DNA from: Opitutales bacterium
GTDB taxonomy: Bacteria; Verrucomicrobiota; Verrucomicrobiia; Opitutales; UBA2987
Reading direction: 5' to 3'
NCBI GenBank assembly: GCA_965226885.1
Contig: CBDDEL010000017.1
Coordinates: forward strand, 1-64,000
Length of the DNA stretch: 64,000 nucleotides
The position numbers and the translations under genes were made by a program. Positions 10,671 through 20,587 of this stretch are shown here, piece after piece. The stretch's first letter is position 1, and each line of letters begins with the position of its first letter. Below the pieces are notes generated by a model, which did no database searches, was not told the DNA's origin, and saw only the letters and a list, made by a program, of their open reading frames with translations.

Positions 10671-12139
10671 AAAGCCCCTCCTGGAATCTTGAGCAGTTCG
10701 CTGTAGGCACCGAGGTCAGGGGCGGCCACACGGACGTGACGCAGGTGTGGATGGCCGTCCAGCCGGAAGGTTCTGCTCCCGTAGTCTTCCTGAGGATAGA
10801 GATACTGGGCGATGGCCTCACGAGTCAGTCCCCCCACCCGCAGGGCCGAGACGACGGCCTGCTGCAAGGCCGCCATGGGGTGTTTCTCCAACAGCCGCAG
10901 CACCCGGATATACTCCCGGGTGCCTTCGCCCCCGCATTGGCTTTCGAGCCGGCGTCTGAGGACCTGCAGGCACTGCGGCAACTGCCAGCCCGAGAGTGGG
11001 CGGGCGAAGTCCAAAGCGCCCGGTTTTTTCTCCAGCAAAGCCAGGTAGTGCACCGGCTCGAAAGAGACTTGCTCTTTATCCCAAATGCGGCGGTGCCGGG
11101 CCACCTCTTGGCCCCCACAGAAGATCACCACCTGCCGACAGGACCCTTCCACCACCACCGGATGGTGGGCGCAGCGCACCAGCGAGAGGCTGCTGACGCA
11201 GGTCGAGCGTTTGCGGCTCGCTTCAAAGGGTATGGGCGGCAACGCCAGCATGACGGCGCGCTCCTCGGCCAGCAGTTCCTTTTTCACCGCCCTTTTCCCG
11301 CGTAATTTACGCTCCATGTCCCGCTCACATGCCTCCAACAGCTTTGCGTTGAGTTCCTCCAGGTCCCGAACCTGCGGTACCGGTACCAGGAAGTTGGCCC
11401 GGGCATAACGCACGATCCCCTCGACCACGCCCTTCTCGTTGGGCCGGGCGGGCAGACAGAAGTGTTCCTCGAACAGGTAATGGCTCTGTAGCTGCAGAAA
11501 CCCGTCGGTCAGCTTGCGTTCACGCGAACCGATAATCTTACCCACCGCCACCTTCGAGTTGTCATAGCTGATGCGCCGGGGCACCGCCCCGAAAAACTCA
11601 AAAGCTCGCAGGTGCCCCTCCCAGAAGCTCTCCGTGCACTCCCGTTCGAACACCTGCACGAAAAAGGCATCGCTGTAGGGCAGGCTCATGGCAAAAAATG
11701 GCCGCCTACGCAATTGCCCCGCCTCCTTCACCAGGGCATGACCGAAGTCCACCTGTCCCTCCCCGGGGCGGTGCTCCAGCGGCACGAACACTTCCCGCCG
11801 CCTCGCTCGCAGCTCGGCCACCACCTCCTTGACCGCCGTGTAGCCCCCTTGGTAGCCCTTCTCCCGACCCAAACGCTGGTAGATCCGTTTGGCCGTATGG
11901 CGCTGCTTCTTGGGCACGTTCCGGTCCGCTTTGAGCACCTCCTCGATCCAGCCCACATACGGATCGATCTTGCGCTCTCGCCTCTTCTTGCGCCGGTATC
12001 CCGGCGGCTGGGAATAGGCCAGCATCTTTCCCAGGGTCTCCCAGTGCAGTCCCTCTTCTCGCATTACAGAGCGCTTGCTCTGCTTGTCCCGCAGCACTTT
12101 GTGCCGCACTCTTGTCCATTGCTTCATATCTCGATACAC
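10667..12139 (-). CDS. istA: IS21 transposase IstA (probable short in-frame internal deletion)
   Basis: KQRHTAKRI, QVDFG, YDN and EKGVVE motifs. Confidence 0.88.
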   Translation of the reverse strand: MYRDMKQWTRVRHKVLRDKQSKRSVMREEGLHWETLGKMLAYSQPPGYRRKKRRERKIDPYVGWIEEVLKADRNVPKKQRHTAKRIYQRLGREKGYQGGYTAVKEVVAELRARRREVFVPLEHRPGEGQVDFGHALVKEAGQLRRRPFFAMSLPYSDAFFVQVFERECTESFWEGHLRAFEFFGAVPRRISYDNSKVAVGKIIGSRERKLTDGFLQLQSHYLFEEHFCLPARPNEKGVVEGIVRYARANFLVPVPQVRDLEELNAKLLEACERDMERKLRGKRAVKKELLAEERAVMLALPPIPFEASRKRSTCVSSLSLVRCAHHPVVVEGSCRQVVIFCGGQEVARHRRIWDKEQVSFEPVHYLALLEKKPGALDFARPLSGWQLPQCLQVLRRRLESQCGGEGTREYIRVLRLLEKHPMAALQQAVVSALRVGGLTREAIAQYLYPQEDYGSRTFRLDGHPHLRHVRVAAPDLGAYSELLKIPGGAL

Positions 12140-12215
12140 TCCTCCTTTCTAGGATAAGCGTACCGGTTTTAAAGCGCCCTCTTTACCGTACCGGTTTTTC
12201 CCCGGCGTTTACAGT

Positions 12216-12464
12216 TCCGGTTGGAAGCATATTGCGGCAGTGAAGTCCGGCGGCCGACTCCACCTTTACATCAATGGAGTGCGAGTGGCGACCTCAGCGG
12301 CCTATGATCCAGCTGACTACCTCTTGAGCACTGATCGGTCGCTGAAACTCGGCTCGGGCGAAACCGACAGCTTCCGCGGTCGAATGTCCGACGTTCGGCT
12401 CTACCGGCGCAGTCTCGCTCAGGACGAGTTGATCTCCATCCAGAACGAGTCCGAACTGACGTAA
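12216..12464 (+). pseudogene. C-terminal LamG/concanavalin-A-like domain fragment, 5'-truncated by IS21
   Basis: WKHIAAV...LHLYING...FRGRMSDVRLYRRSL. Confidence 0.7.
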
Positions 12465-12504
12465 TAACGGGGCGGGAAATGTGACCGTTTGTCATTTTTG
12501 AACC

Positions 12505-12533
12505 TGATCGGACCCCATCTATGCTACCACTTT
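12505..12533 (-). repeat. Solo IS407-like IRR in inverted orientation
   Basis: Reverse complement is 28/29 identical to 8264-8292. Confidence 0.75.
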
Positions 12534-12534
12534 C

Positions 12535-12816
12535 ATTCCACGCCATGAGCAGAAGGAGCTTTTACAGCTCCTCATCAAGGGCATCCGTGTTAACCACTTC
12601 GATCCTGAAAAGGATACCTTGCCCGACGGAAAGCCCGCATTTGTGGGTAAAATACGAACTTCCTGTTATCTGGTTAACATCTCATTTTACACAACGTCCT
12701 TACTGTCAGGACTTTTTGAAAGCGGTAAAATAAGTTCGTATTTTGACCCAATTGGCTGCTCGGGCAGGATTCGAACCTGCGACAAAGTGGTTAACAGCCA
12801 CCTGCTCTACCGCTGA
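12535..12816 (+). pseudogene. Probable C-terminal remnant of a large serine recombinase/integrase running antisense into tRNA-Asn
   Basis: RHEQKELLQLLIKGIRV resembles the LSR terminal helix (EKRxLLxxLIxxIxV); stop codon lies inside the tRNA. Confidence 0.55.
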
Positions 12817-12827
12817 GCTACCGAGCA
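12753..12827 (-). tRNA. tRNA-Asn (GTT)
   Basis: TGCTCGGTAGCTCAGCGGTAGAGCAGGTGGCTGTTAACCACTTTGTCGCAGGTTCGAATCCTGCCCGAGCAGCCA cloverleaf with encoded CCA. Confidence 0.96.
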
Positions 12828-13213
12828 TTTTGTTAGCCGGGTTGAGTTGGAGGACGATTTAGCGTCGAGTCGGGTCTCTGCCCTCCCAGTATTTGGTTTG
12901 ATTGTGGTATGAAAAGAGAGGTTTGGAGCGGGTTGTCAATCCTTTGCTGGGTTTTTCAAGCAGGTTCTTATTTCGGAGGACTCGTATATTTGATAAGTTT
13001 TCTTTTTGCTCAGAAGGTGGGATTTTTAGAACTTTTTGTTGCTATTTGCCTTTTCGAGCCTATCTAAAGGGTGTTTTTATAGACTTGGGTGTTTTTATAG
13101 ACTTTTATGGCTTTATGGAGGATCTAGAGTGAAAAACACTTGAGATTTTCCATTTATCTGATTTCCCAATTGTTTGAATTATTTTAGTTTTTTAGGGGCA
13201 TTATTTTATTAAT

Positions 13214-13861
13214 ATGAAAGAATATTCTTTAAAAGTGACTTTGCGCGAGCAGGTGGGCCGAGGCCCGGCCCGGCGTTTGCGCATGAGCGGTAGAATTCCG
13301 GCCATTTTGTATGGGCCATCGGGAGTGAAGAGCCTTTCTCTGGATCAGGCTGAATTCCATGATTTGTGGAAGGATGTGAAAGGTTCGACCACACTGATAC
13401 AATTGGTTGAGGAGGGCGGTGAAGAGGTGCGCACCTTGATTCAGGATTATCAGCGCAACCCGATAACGGATAAGTTCGAGCATCTCGATTTCAAGGAAAT
13501 TCTGGCCGGTGTGGAATTGCAGGCCCAAGTGAGGATTCACATTGTGGGCGAGTCCATAGGGGTGAAGAACGAACAGGCTTTGTTGGACACCCATCATCAC
13601 GAAGTGGGGGTGCGCTGCTTGCCGCGCCATCTGCCGCGTTATGTTGAGGTGGATGTGACCGACCTGCATGCGGGCGACTCGTTTTATGTGCGGGATTTAG
13701 CGCCGATTGAGAATGTGGTATTTACGGATGATACCAATCGGGCGATCGTTGCCTGTATCCTGCCCGCCTTAGCAGATGCAGAGGAAGAAGAGGAAGAAGA
13801 AGCAGCAGAAGAAGAAGTGGCCGAGGGCGAAGAGGAAAAAACGGAAGAGACGGAGAGCTGA
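13214..13861 (+). CDS. rplY: 50S ribosomal protein L25/Ctc
   Basis: ARRLRMSGRIPAILYG, QRNPITDKFEHLDF, acidic tail. Confidence 0.93.
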   Translation: MKEYSLKVTLREQVGRGPARRLRMSGRIPAILYGPSGVKSLSLDQAEFHDLWKDVKGSTTLIQLVEEGGEEVRTLIQDYQRNPITDKFEHLDFKEILAGVELQAQVRIHIVGESIGVKNEQALLDTHHHEVGVRCLPRHLPRYVEVDVTDLHAGDSFYVRDLAPIENVVFTDDTNRAIVACILPALADAEEEEEEEAAEEEVAEGEEEKTEETES

Positions 13862-14056
13862 GGGGAGAGGCGTTCCTCGCCAATTTATATATTTTTTTCT
13901 TGAACCGGGTTTCCGGGAATTGCGATGCGGGGGAAGGTGATTCATTTCTGTATTTCGGAATATTAAGCGGCTCCGCCATTTCATTATCCATATTTGAGAC
14001 TACCGGTTGCTGTTGGCCATAGGCGTTTTCTTGCTTAAAAAATTTTAAAATTTATC

Positions 14057-14668
14057 ATGCCGATATCACTCATCGCGGGTTTGGGAAATCCTGGCTTGAA
14101 ATACCGCAACACTCGTCACAATATTGGCCGGGCGGCGGTGGAGGCTTTGGGTGGCCGGCTGGGGGTGGAGTTCAAGGAGGAATCGCGCTGGAAAGCCCGG
14201 GTCGCTCGTTGTGAGATTGAGGGTAGAGCCGTCCTCCTGGTAATTCCCACAACCTATATGAACGACAGCGGCAGCGCCTTGGGAGCGGTTAGCCGGTACT
14301 ATAAAATTTGCCAGTTGGATTTGGCGGTGGCTTACGACGAAATCCAGATCGATCTGGGGAGGGTAAAAATTTCCGTGGGCGGCGGGGCAGGAGGCCATAA
14401 TGGCCTGGAGGACGTATTAGAGTATTTTGAGGAGGATTTTGTCCGCTACCGCATCGGCATCGGCCCGAAAACGCCGCAGCAGATGGACTTGAAAGATTTC
14501 GTCCTGGGGAAATTCACAAATTGCCAACAAGACCTTGTCAGTAAAAAAATGCCCGATTTTGTGAATGGGTTGAAGCTCCTTGTTGACAGAGGGCCGCTCC
14601 TGGCCATGAATCAAGTAAATCAAAAAGAAAATGCAACAAATGACTGCCACGCAGACAAAACAAACTAA
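14057..14668 (+). CDS. pth: Peptidyl-tRNA hydrolase
   Basis: GLGNPG..Y..TRHNIG, PTTYMNDSG, GGHNGL. Confidence 0.95.
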   Translation: MPISLIAGLGNPGLKYRNTRHNIGRAAVEALGGRLGVEFKEESRWKARVARCEIEGRAVLLVIPTTYMNDSGSALGAVSRYYKICQLDLAVAYDEIQIDLGRVKISVGGGAGGHNGLEDVLEYFEEDFVRYRIGIGPKTPQQMDLKDFVLGKFTNCQQDLVSKKMPDFVNGLKLLVDRGPLLAMNQVNQKENATNDCHADKTN

Positions 14669-14948
14669 TTACCGGGCGACCTTCATTTTGGACAGCCGCT
14701 CTACGGAGAGCCCGGTGGAAACGTTAATTGAGGGATTGGCCGAGGCTATCACTGCCGTTGGCGGGAAAACCGATCGGGTGGAAAATCTTGGACGGCAGGA
14801 ATTCGTGCGGATCACGGAAAAGGGCCATACCGGCGATTTTTATGTGCAGGTATATTTTGAAGGTCCCCCCAATGCCATTGCCCAGTTGAATGAAAACCTG
14901 CGGCTGGACAAAACCGTCAAACGGATATTTACGGAAAAATGCTCCTGA
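14640..14948 (+). CDS. rpsF: 30S ribosomal protein S6
   Basis: Y..TFIL pattern, size, position immediately before ssb. Confidence 0.8.
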   Translation: MTATQTKQTNYRATFILDSRSTESPVETLIEGLAEAITAVGGKTDRVENLGRQEFVRITEKGHTGDFYVQVYFEGPPNAIAQLNENLRLDKTVKRIFTEKCS

Positions 14949-14990
14949 GCGGCAGTCAGTTAATTAATTACATCGAATAACCCCCAAGTC

Positions 14991-15452
14991 ATGTCTTCAT
15001 ATAATAAAGTAATCCTTATGGGAAATCTGACGCGCGACCCGGAGCACCGAGTCACCCCTTCAGGGTTGTCCATCTGCAAGCTGGGCTTGGCCGTAAACCG
15101 GAAATATACCAAACAGGATGGCACCAAAGTGGAGGAGGCCACCTATATTGATATCGACTCGTTTGGTAAACAGGCGGAGCTCATTTCCCAATACTTGAAA
15201 AGAGGTGATCCCATTTTTGTGGAAGGGCGTTTACGTTTTGATACGTGGGAGTCGAACACGGGAGAGAAACGGAGCAAGCTCAACGTGGTTCTGGAAAATT
15301 TTCAATTCATGAGCCGGGGCGGAGATGCCGATGGAGGCGGAGCGTCGCGCAGCTATGAAGATACGGCCCCGCCCGCGCGCCGGGCCCCGCGCCGGGAGGC
15401 TCCGGCCAGTCAAGGCCAGGACGATGGCCTGGATGACGATGTGCCGTTTTAA
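14991..15452 (+). CDS. ssb: Single-stranded DNA-binding protein
   Basis: NKVILMGNLTRDPE...DDDVPF. Confidence 0.96.
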   Translation: MSSYNKVILMGNLTRDPEHRVTPSGLSICKLGLAVNRKYTKQDGTKVEEATYIDIDSFGKQAELISQYLKRGDPIFVEGRLRFDTWESNTGEKRSKLNVVLENFQFMSRGGDADGGGASRSYEDTAPPARRAPRREAPASQGQDDGLDDDVPF

Positions 15453-15513
15453 AAATTTGTTTGATTGAATCGAAACTGAAACTCAATACACTCGAAGAGT
15501 GTTTTAAATATTT

Positions 15514-15990
15514 ATGACAACCAAGAACATTTTACTACTCAAACCCATTGAAGGGCTGGGCCACGAAGGGGAGGAAGTCAAGGTGAAGGCCGGCTATGGC
15601 CGCAATTACCTTTTGCCGCGCAAATTGGCCATTCCCATGACGTTGGCCAACCGCAAACAAATGGAAGCCTTGCAGAAGGCCCGTGAAGTGCGCTTGGCCA
15701 AGGAAATATCGGGGGCGGAGGAGACGGCGGCACTAATCGGCAAGGCTCATATCGCCATCCCTGTAAAAACCGGTCCTGGCGGCAAACTATTCGGTTCGGT
15801 TACCAGCATGGATCTGCAAAAAAGACTGGCGGAAGACGGTATAGAAATCGAACGCAAACATATCCATCTTTATAACCCGGTAAAAGCTTTGGGAAAACAT
15901 ACCACACGAATCAAACTTCATGCCGATGTTTCGGTAGACCTTGAGTTTGAAGTGGTATCCGAAAATCCCATCGAAGAAGAAGATTCCTGA
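15514..15990 (+). CDS. rplI: 50S ribosomal protein L9
   Basis: VKAGYGRNYLLP, GKLFGSVT. Confidence 0.95.
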   Translation: MTTKNILLLKPIEGLGHEGEEVKVKAGYGRNYLLPRKLAIPMTLANRKQMEALQKAREVRLAKEISGAEETAALIGKAHIAIPVKTGPGGKLFGSVTSMDLQKRLAEDGIEIERKHIHLYNPVKALGKHTTRIKLHADVSVDLEFEVVSENPIEEEDS

Positions 15991-16032
15991 GGCTGCTTTA
16001 TCCTTGGATAGGCTGCTTTATCCTTGGATAGA
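15990..16032. repeat. Perfect 20-bp tandem duplication containing the palindrome TATCC-TT-GGATA
   Basis: GGCTGCTTTATCCTTGGATA at 15991-16010 and 16011-16030. Confidence 0.9.
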
Positions 16033-16052
16033 TAAACGAGAGCAACGGCCAG

Positions 16053-17513
16053 ATGCCCGCCCCACAAGGATCCAAATCCGCCCAGCTAATGCCCACAGGG
16101 GGCGCCCCCAAGCGGCCCGCCGCCAGTATGGGAGGTTCCGTTCCGCCTCTGGAGCGCAGCGCCCCGTGCAATATCGATGCGGAGGAGGGCCTGCTGGGTT
16201 GCTGCCTGCTAGACGGCGGTCAGGATATCATGGCTATCTGCCTGGAAGCAAAGGTGAAACCCGATTATTTTTTTAAACCGGCCCACCAGGTAATTTTTGA
16301 AGCTCTTTGTACCCTTTACGAAAAAGGGACTCCGGCGGATGAAATCATCCTCAGCGATGAATTGCAGAGGATGGGTAAATTGGAGGAGATCGGCGGGTAT
16401 CCAGCCATTGTCCGCCTGACCAACCGGATTGAGACCACGGCGCACTCCCGTCATTGGCTCGAAATCGTGCAGGAAAAATGCATTTACCGGCGGTTGATCA
16501 AGGTTTCCACCGAAAGTATCGATCTGTGCTATCAAGGCGGGCTGCGGTCCGAGGAATTGTTGGAAAATGTGGAGCAGTCGATATTCCGCATTTGCCAGGA
16601 AAGGGTTTCCGAAACCGCTAGCCTGGTTAAGGAATCGATGGAATTGGCGGTCAACCTGGTACACCGGCTGCTCCAGGGCAAAGGTGAAATTTCCGGAGTT
16701 TCCACCGGATTTATCGACCTCGACCGCATGACCTTCGGGTTGCACCCGCAGGAGATGGTGGTGTTGGCGGCCCGCCCGTCGATGGGCAAAACTTCCCTCG
16801 CCCTGAACATTGCCGAATCGGTCACCTTGCCCCGGCCGAACAGCGGCCTCAATCCGGTGCCGACACTTTTTTTCAGCCTCGAAATGAGCGCCGAGCAGCT
16901 CGCTTTTCGTCTTTTGTGCAGTTTTTCGCGGGTCAGCATGCAAAAAATAAAAGATGGTTTTGCCGGAAAAGAGGATATGAAGAAACTGGCCCGCTGCGCC
17001 AATGAGATCAAAGAGGCACCCCTGTGGATTGATGAGTCCGGCCACCTGACCATCCTGGAACTGCGGGCCAAGGCCCGGAGGATGGCCTCCAAGCAAAAGA
17101 ATCTCGGGCTCATCGTGATCGACTATTTGCAGTTGGTCAGCGGGACGGACAACCGTACCCCGCGCGAGCAACAGATTTCGGAAATCTCGCGAGGGATCAA
17201 GGCTATGGCCAAGGAATTGAAGGTGCCCATACTCGTGTTGAGCCAGCTGAACCGCGAATCTGAGCGGGAAAAGCGACGCCCCCGCCTTTCCGACCTGCGG
17301 GAGTCTGGCTCCATTGAGCAGGATGCCGATGTCGTTATGCTCCTTTCTGCCCGCAGGGAAAGGGATAATGAGGAGGCCACGGGGGATACGCGTGCTGGCA
17401 GCGTTGTAGATTTAATTATTGCCAAACAGCGCAATGGGCCGGTAGGAGATGTCCCGTTAACTTTTATTCCTGAGCTGACCCGATTTGAAAACCACTCACG
17501 ATCAGCCCGTTAA
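16053..17513 (+). CDS. dnaB: Replicative DNA helicase
   Basis: LAARPSMGKT, IVIDYLQL, SQLNR, DLRESGSIEQDAD; start codon uncertain. Confidence 0.96.
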   Translation: MPAPQGSKSAQLMPTGGAPKRPAASMGGSVPPLERSAPCNIDAEEGLLGCCLLDGGQDIMAICLEAKVKPDYFFKPAHQVIFEALCTLYEKGTPADEIILSDELQRMGKLEEIGGYPAIVRLTNRIETTAHSRHWLEIVQEKCIYRRLIKVSTESIDLCYQGGLRSEELLENVEQSIFRICQERVSETASLVKESMELAVNLVHRLLQGKGEISGVSTGFIDLDRMTFGLHPQEMVVLAARPSMGKTSLALNIAESVTLPRPNSGLNPVPTLFFSLEMSAEQLAFRLLCSFSRVSMQKIKDGFAGKEDMKKLARCANEIKEAPLWIDESGHLTILELRAKARRMASKQKNLGLIVIDYLQLVSGTDNRTPREQQISEISRGIKAMAKELKVPILVLSQLNRESEREKRRPRLSDLRESGSIEQDADVVMLLSARRERDNEEATGDTRAGSVVDLIIAKQRNGPVGDVPLTFIPELTRFENHSRSAR

Positions 17514-17517
17514 GCTT

Positions 17518-19863
17518 ATGTTTCGACCTCTGCCGACCTTATCTTTGATTCTGGCCATTACCCTGGCCGCGTCCAGCCTGTTAGTAGGGCAAGGCGACTC
17601 GCCGGAGCTTCCCACCGTGGGGGAAATCAAGCTGGAATTCAAGGGCGTTAAAAATGTCAGCGATGATGCCGTCCTGGTGCATTTGCAAATTCGTGAAGGC
17701 ATGGAATACGACCAGACTCTGGTGGACCGCTCCATACGTTCGCTTTACAATACCCGGCTATTCGAGTTCATTGAGGCCAGCATTGAGGAAATGGGGAAGG
17801 ATCAAGTACGTGTGATCTTTCTCATACAGCCGAAATTCCGGGTTTCCGAGATTCGCATCCGGGGCAACCGGAAAGTAAAAACCCGCCGCCTGGAAGACAA
17901 AATAAAAAGCCGCAACAGCGGGATCCTGGACGAACGGCAGATTACCGAAGACAAGGAAGAAATCGAAAAATATTATCTTGATAAGGGTTATACTAATATA
18001 GATGTAGACTACCGCATCGTGCGGGATGAACTGACTGGTTTCGGGGTGGTGACCTTTATCATCGACGAAGGGGCCAAGCTGAAAATCAAAGCGGTATCCT
18101 TTACCGGAAACGAGGCCGTCGGTTCCAAGAAATTGCGCAAAACCGTAAAAACAAAAAAATGGGGGCCCTTATCGTGGCTATTGAGCACGGGCCGTTTTAA
18201 CGATGTTACCTTTCAGGAAGATCTAGATAAACTGCGTGAATACTATAAAACGCAGGGTTATCTGGATATCAATATTTCCGACTCCGACGTTACCCTGGAT
18301 TATCCCACCTCCAAGAGCATTGCCATTAATATCAATGTCGATGAAGGTAAACAATACCTCGTCGGCGATATCTCCGTCGAGGGAAACACCCTTTTTATCA
18401 GTGAGCGGCTGATGCGGGGATTACGCCTCCGAACAGACGATGTGTTTTCACCCGAGAAACTGTATGAGGATCGCGAAGCCCTGACCGATTTCTATGGACT
18501 GGTCGGCTATCTGGACACGCGTGTGATGGTGGACCGCAGCCCCAATATCACCACCGGCCGTATCGACCTTATTTACCGCATTCGTGAAGGCGACCGCATT
18601 TACCTCGAATCGATCCTCATCGAGGGCAACACCAAGACCAAGAGCGTCGTCATACTGCGGGAGCTGGCCCTGGCACCGGGGCAGGTCTTCAACGTGGTGA
18701 GGATGAAAAACAGCAAGGCCCGGCTGGATAACACGCGATTTTTTGAAGCCGTTGACATGACCCCGGAAGCGACCAACATTCCCGGGCGGCGCAACCTTAA
18801 AATTACGGTGAGGGAAGGGCGCACCGGGCAGTTTCAATTCGGCGCCGGTTTCAACTCTCTGGAAAACGGAACCTTTTTCGCCGAATTAAGCCAGAGCAAT
18901 TTCGACATTTTTAACTTTAAATCCTTTTTTCAGGGCGACGGGCAAAAGTTCCGCCTGCGATTCCAGATTGGCTCCCGTTCGAATAGTTTCCTGCTGGCTT
19001 TTGAGGAACCGTGGCTGTTTGAACAGCGCTTGGCCCTTGGCTTTGAGCTTTTTCGTTCTTCAACGGACTTCGTGAGCACATTATTCAATGAGAAGCGCTC
19101 CGGTTTCGAAGTTTATATGCGCAAACGGCTGATCGGCCTCTGGGTGGCCCGGCTGTCCTACCGCTTCGAGTTGGTCGATATTTTCGATCTCAGCTCATTT
19201 GCCCCTCTTTTTATTCGCCAAGAGGCGGGGGAACGCACGGTTTCCAAAATTGGCTTCAACGTAACCAGGGATACCCGCAACGACCTCATATTCACTTCCA
19301 AGGGAAGCCGCATTTCCATCTCAAGTCAGTTTGCCGGATTGGGCGGGGATACCGAATATATCCGAGTGCAAGCCAGGGCCGCCAAATTCATTCCCACTTT
19401 CGAATTGGGCGAGCAGACCGTTTCCATAATAGGCTCGGTGGGCATCCTGGTTGAGACCGGGGATGACGAGGTGCCTTTTTTCGACCGATTTTTCATGGGA
19501 GGCCCCAATGACCTGCGCGGTTTCGAGTTTCGCGAAGTGGGGCCCAAGCAGGAAACCGACGAAAATGGCAATCCTATCAGCGATCCGGAACCGACCGGTG
19601 GGAACACGATGGGATTTCTGAGTGTCGAATATACCATCAAAATCGCCGGGCCCCTGCGCGTGGCCGCCTTCTACGATTGGGGGTTCGTCAACAAGGGCTC
19701 CAGCGACTTCGATTTCGGGAATGCTAATTCCAACTGGGGGTTTGGTGTGCGCCTGATGGTGCTCAACAATCCCTTGCGCCTGGACTTTGGCATCCCCATC
19801 AAGTCGGACGAATTCAACGATGAAGGCAACCAGTTTAATTTTTCCTTTGGAACCCGGTTTTAA
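17518..19863 (+). CDS. bamA: Outer membrane protein assembly factor BamA
   Basis: POTRA repeats, GN.KT...VILRE, LRGF, terminal Phe. Confidence 0.94.
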   Translation: MFRPLPTLSLILAITLAASSLLVGQGDSPELPTVGEIKLEFKGVKNVSDDAVLVHLQIREGMEYDQTLVDRSIRSLYNTRLFEFIEASIEEMGKDQVRVIFLIQPKFRVSEIRIRGNRKVKTRRLEDKIKSRNSGILDERQITEDKEEIEKYYLDKGYTNIDVDYRIVRDELTGFGVVTFIIDEGAKLKIKAVSFTGNEAVGSKKLRKTVKTKKWGPLSWLLSTGRFNDVTFQEDLDKLREYYKTQGYLDINISDSDVTLDYPTSKSIAININVDEGKQYLVGDISVEGNTLFISERLMRGLRLRTDDVFSPEKLYEDREALTDFYGLVGYLDTRVMVDRSPNITTGRIDLIYRIREGDRIYLESILIEGNTKTKSVVILRELALAPGQVFNVVRMKNSKARLDNTRFFEAVDMTPEATNIPGRRNLKITVREGRTGQFQFGAGFNSLENGTFFAELSQSNFDIFNFKSFFQGDGQKFRLRFQIGSRSNSFLLAFEEPWLFEQRLALGFELFRSSTDFVSTLFNEKRSGFEVYMRKRLIGLWVARLSYRFELVDIFDLSSFAPLFIRQEAGERTVSKIGFNVTRDTRNDLIFTSKGSRISISSQFAGLGGDTEYIRVQARAAKFIPTFELGEQTVSIIGSVGILVETGDDEVPFFDRFFMGGPNDLRGFEFREVGPKQETDENGNPISDPEPTGGNTMGFLSVEYTIKIAGPLRVAAFYDWGFVNKGSSDFDFGNANSNWGFGVRLMVLNNPLRLDFGIPIKSDEFNDEGNQFNFSFGTRF

Positions 19864-19939
19864 TCCGCAATTTATTGCAATCGGACCGTTAACCTTTCAA
19901 CCCTGACGATAATTTCATTTTATTTTATCTAATTACACT

Positions 19940-20521
19940 ATGAAACGAACACTCTTAATCACTCTGGCCCTCGGTTTTATGACGGCTGGCCTTGGCCTGC
20001 AGGGGCAAAATTTAAATATTGTGACCGTCGATATGACCCGGCTCTACAATGAATATTACAAAACTCTTGAGGCCAACGAGAGAATTAAAGGAAGCTTTGA
20101 AAAGGCTCAGGAGCAGGTCGAGGGTATGGTCAATGAAGGGCAAACTCTGCTCGAAGATTACAAATCGATTATCGAAATGACGCAAAATGACGCCCTGACT
20201 GAAGAAGCGCGCCTGAAGGCCCAGACCGACGCCGAGTCCATGGCCCAGCAGCTCAAGGACAAGGAGCGTGAAATTCAGCAATTTCGTCAAAACACGCAAC
20301 GTTCCGTGCAGCAGCGCCAGCAAACCTATCGCGATCTCTTTCTCGATGAAATCAAGGGAGTTGTGCTGGAAGTATCCCGGGAGCGCAAAGGCGACCTCAT
20401 ATTGGACTCTTCCGGTATTACCGCCATTGGAATTCCCGGAGTTATTTATTCGGATCCCTCCTGGGATGTCACCGATCTGGTGCTTGAACGCATTAACGCG
20501 GACGCCCCGGTTGAAGAGTGA
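19940..20521 (+). CDS. skp: OmpH/Skp periplasmic chaperone
   Basis: Signal peptide, coiled coil, DVTDLVL end; lies between bamA and lpxD. Confidence 0.85.
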   Translation: MKRTLLITLALGFMTAGLGLQGQNLNIVTVDMTRLYNEYYKTLEANERIKGSFEKAQEQVEGMVNEGQTLLEDYKSIIEMTQNDALTEEARLKAQTDAESMAQQLKDKEREIQQFRQNTQRSVQQRQQTYRDLFLDEIKGVVLEVSRERKGDLILDSSGITAIGIPGVIYSDPSWDVTDLVLERINADAPVEE

Positions 20522-20587
20522 ATGCAGCGGATGCGGGATTCATGTTGAGGGATCTGCAACCTGACTCTAATTTAAGGCCCCTCTCTC

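Larger units (their letters stand above)
9730..12213 (-). mobile_element. IS21-family element
   Basis: IRs TGTAAACGCCGGG and CCCGGCGTTTACA with repeated AAACCGGTAC boxes; istA-istB; no target duplication. Confidence 0.9.
1..12752. other. Decayed genomic island / IS accumulation zone adjoining the tRNA-Asn 3' end (left border outside window)
   Basis: Almost entirely IS elements and gene stubs; ends exactly at the tRNA CCA end with an integrase-like remnant. Confidence 0.7.

Noticed and set aside
16053..17513. Intein in DnaB
   Set aside because: Normal length with contiguous helicase motifs
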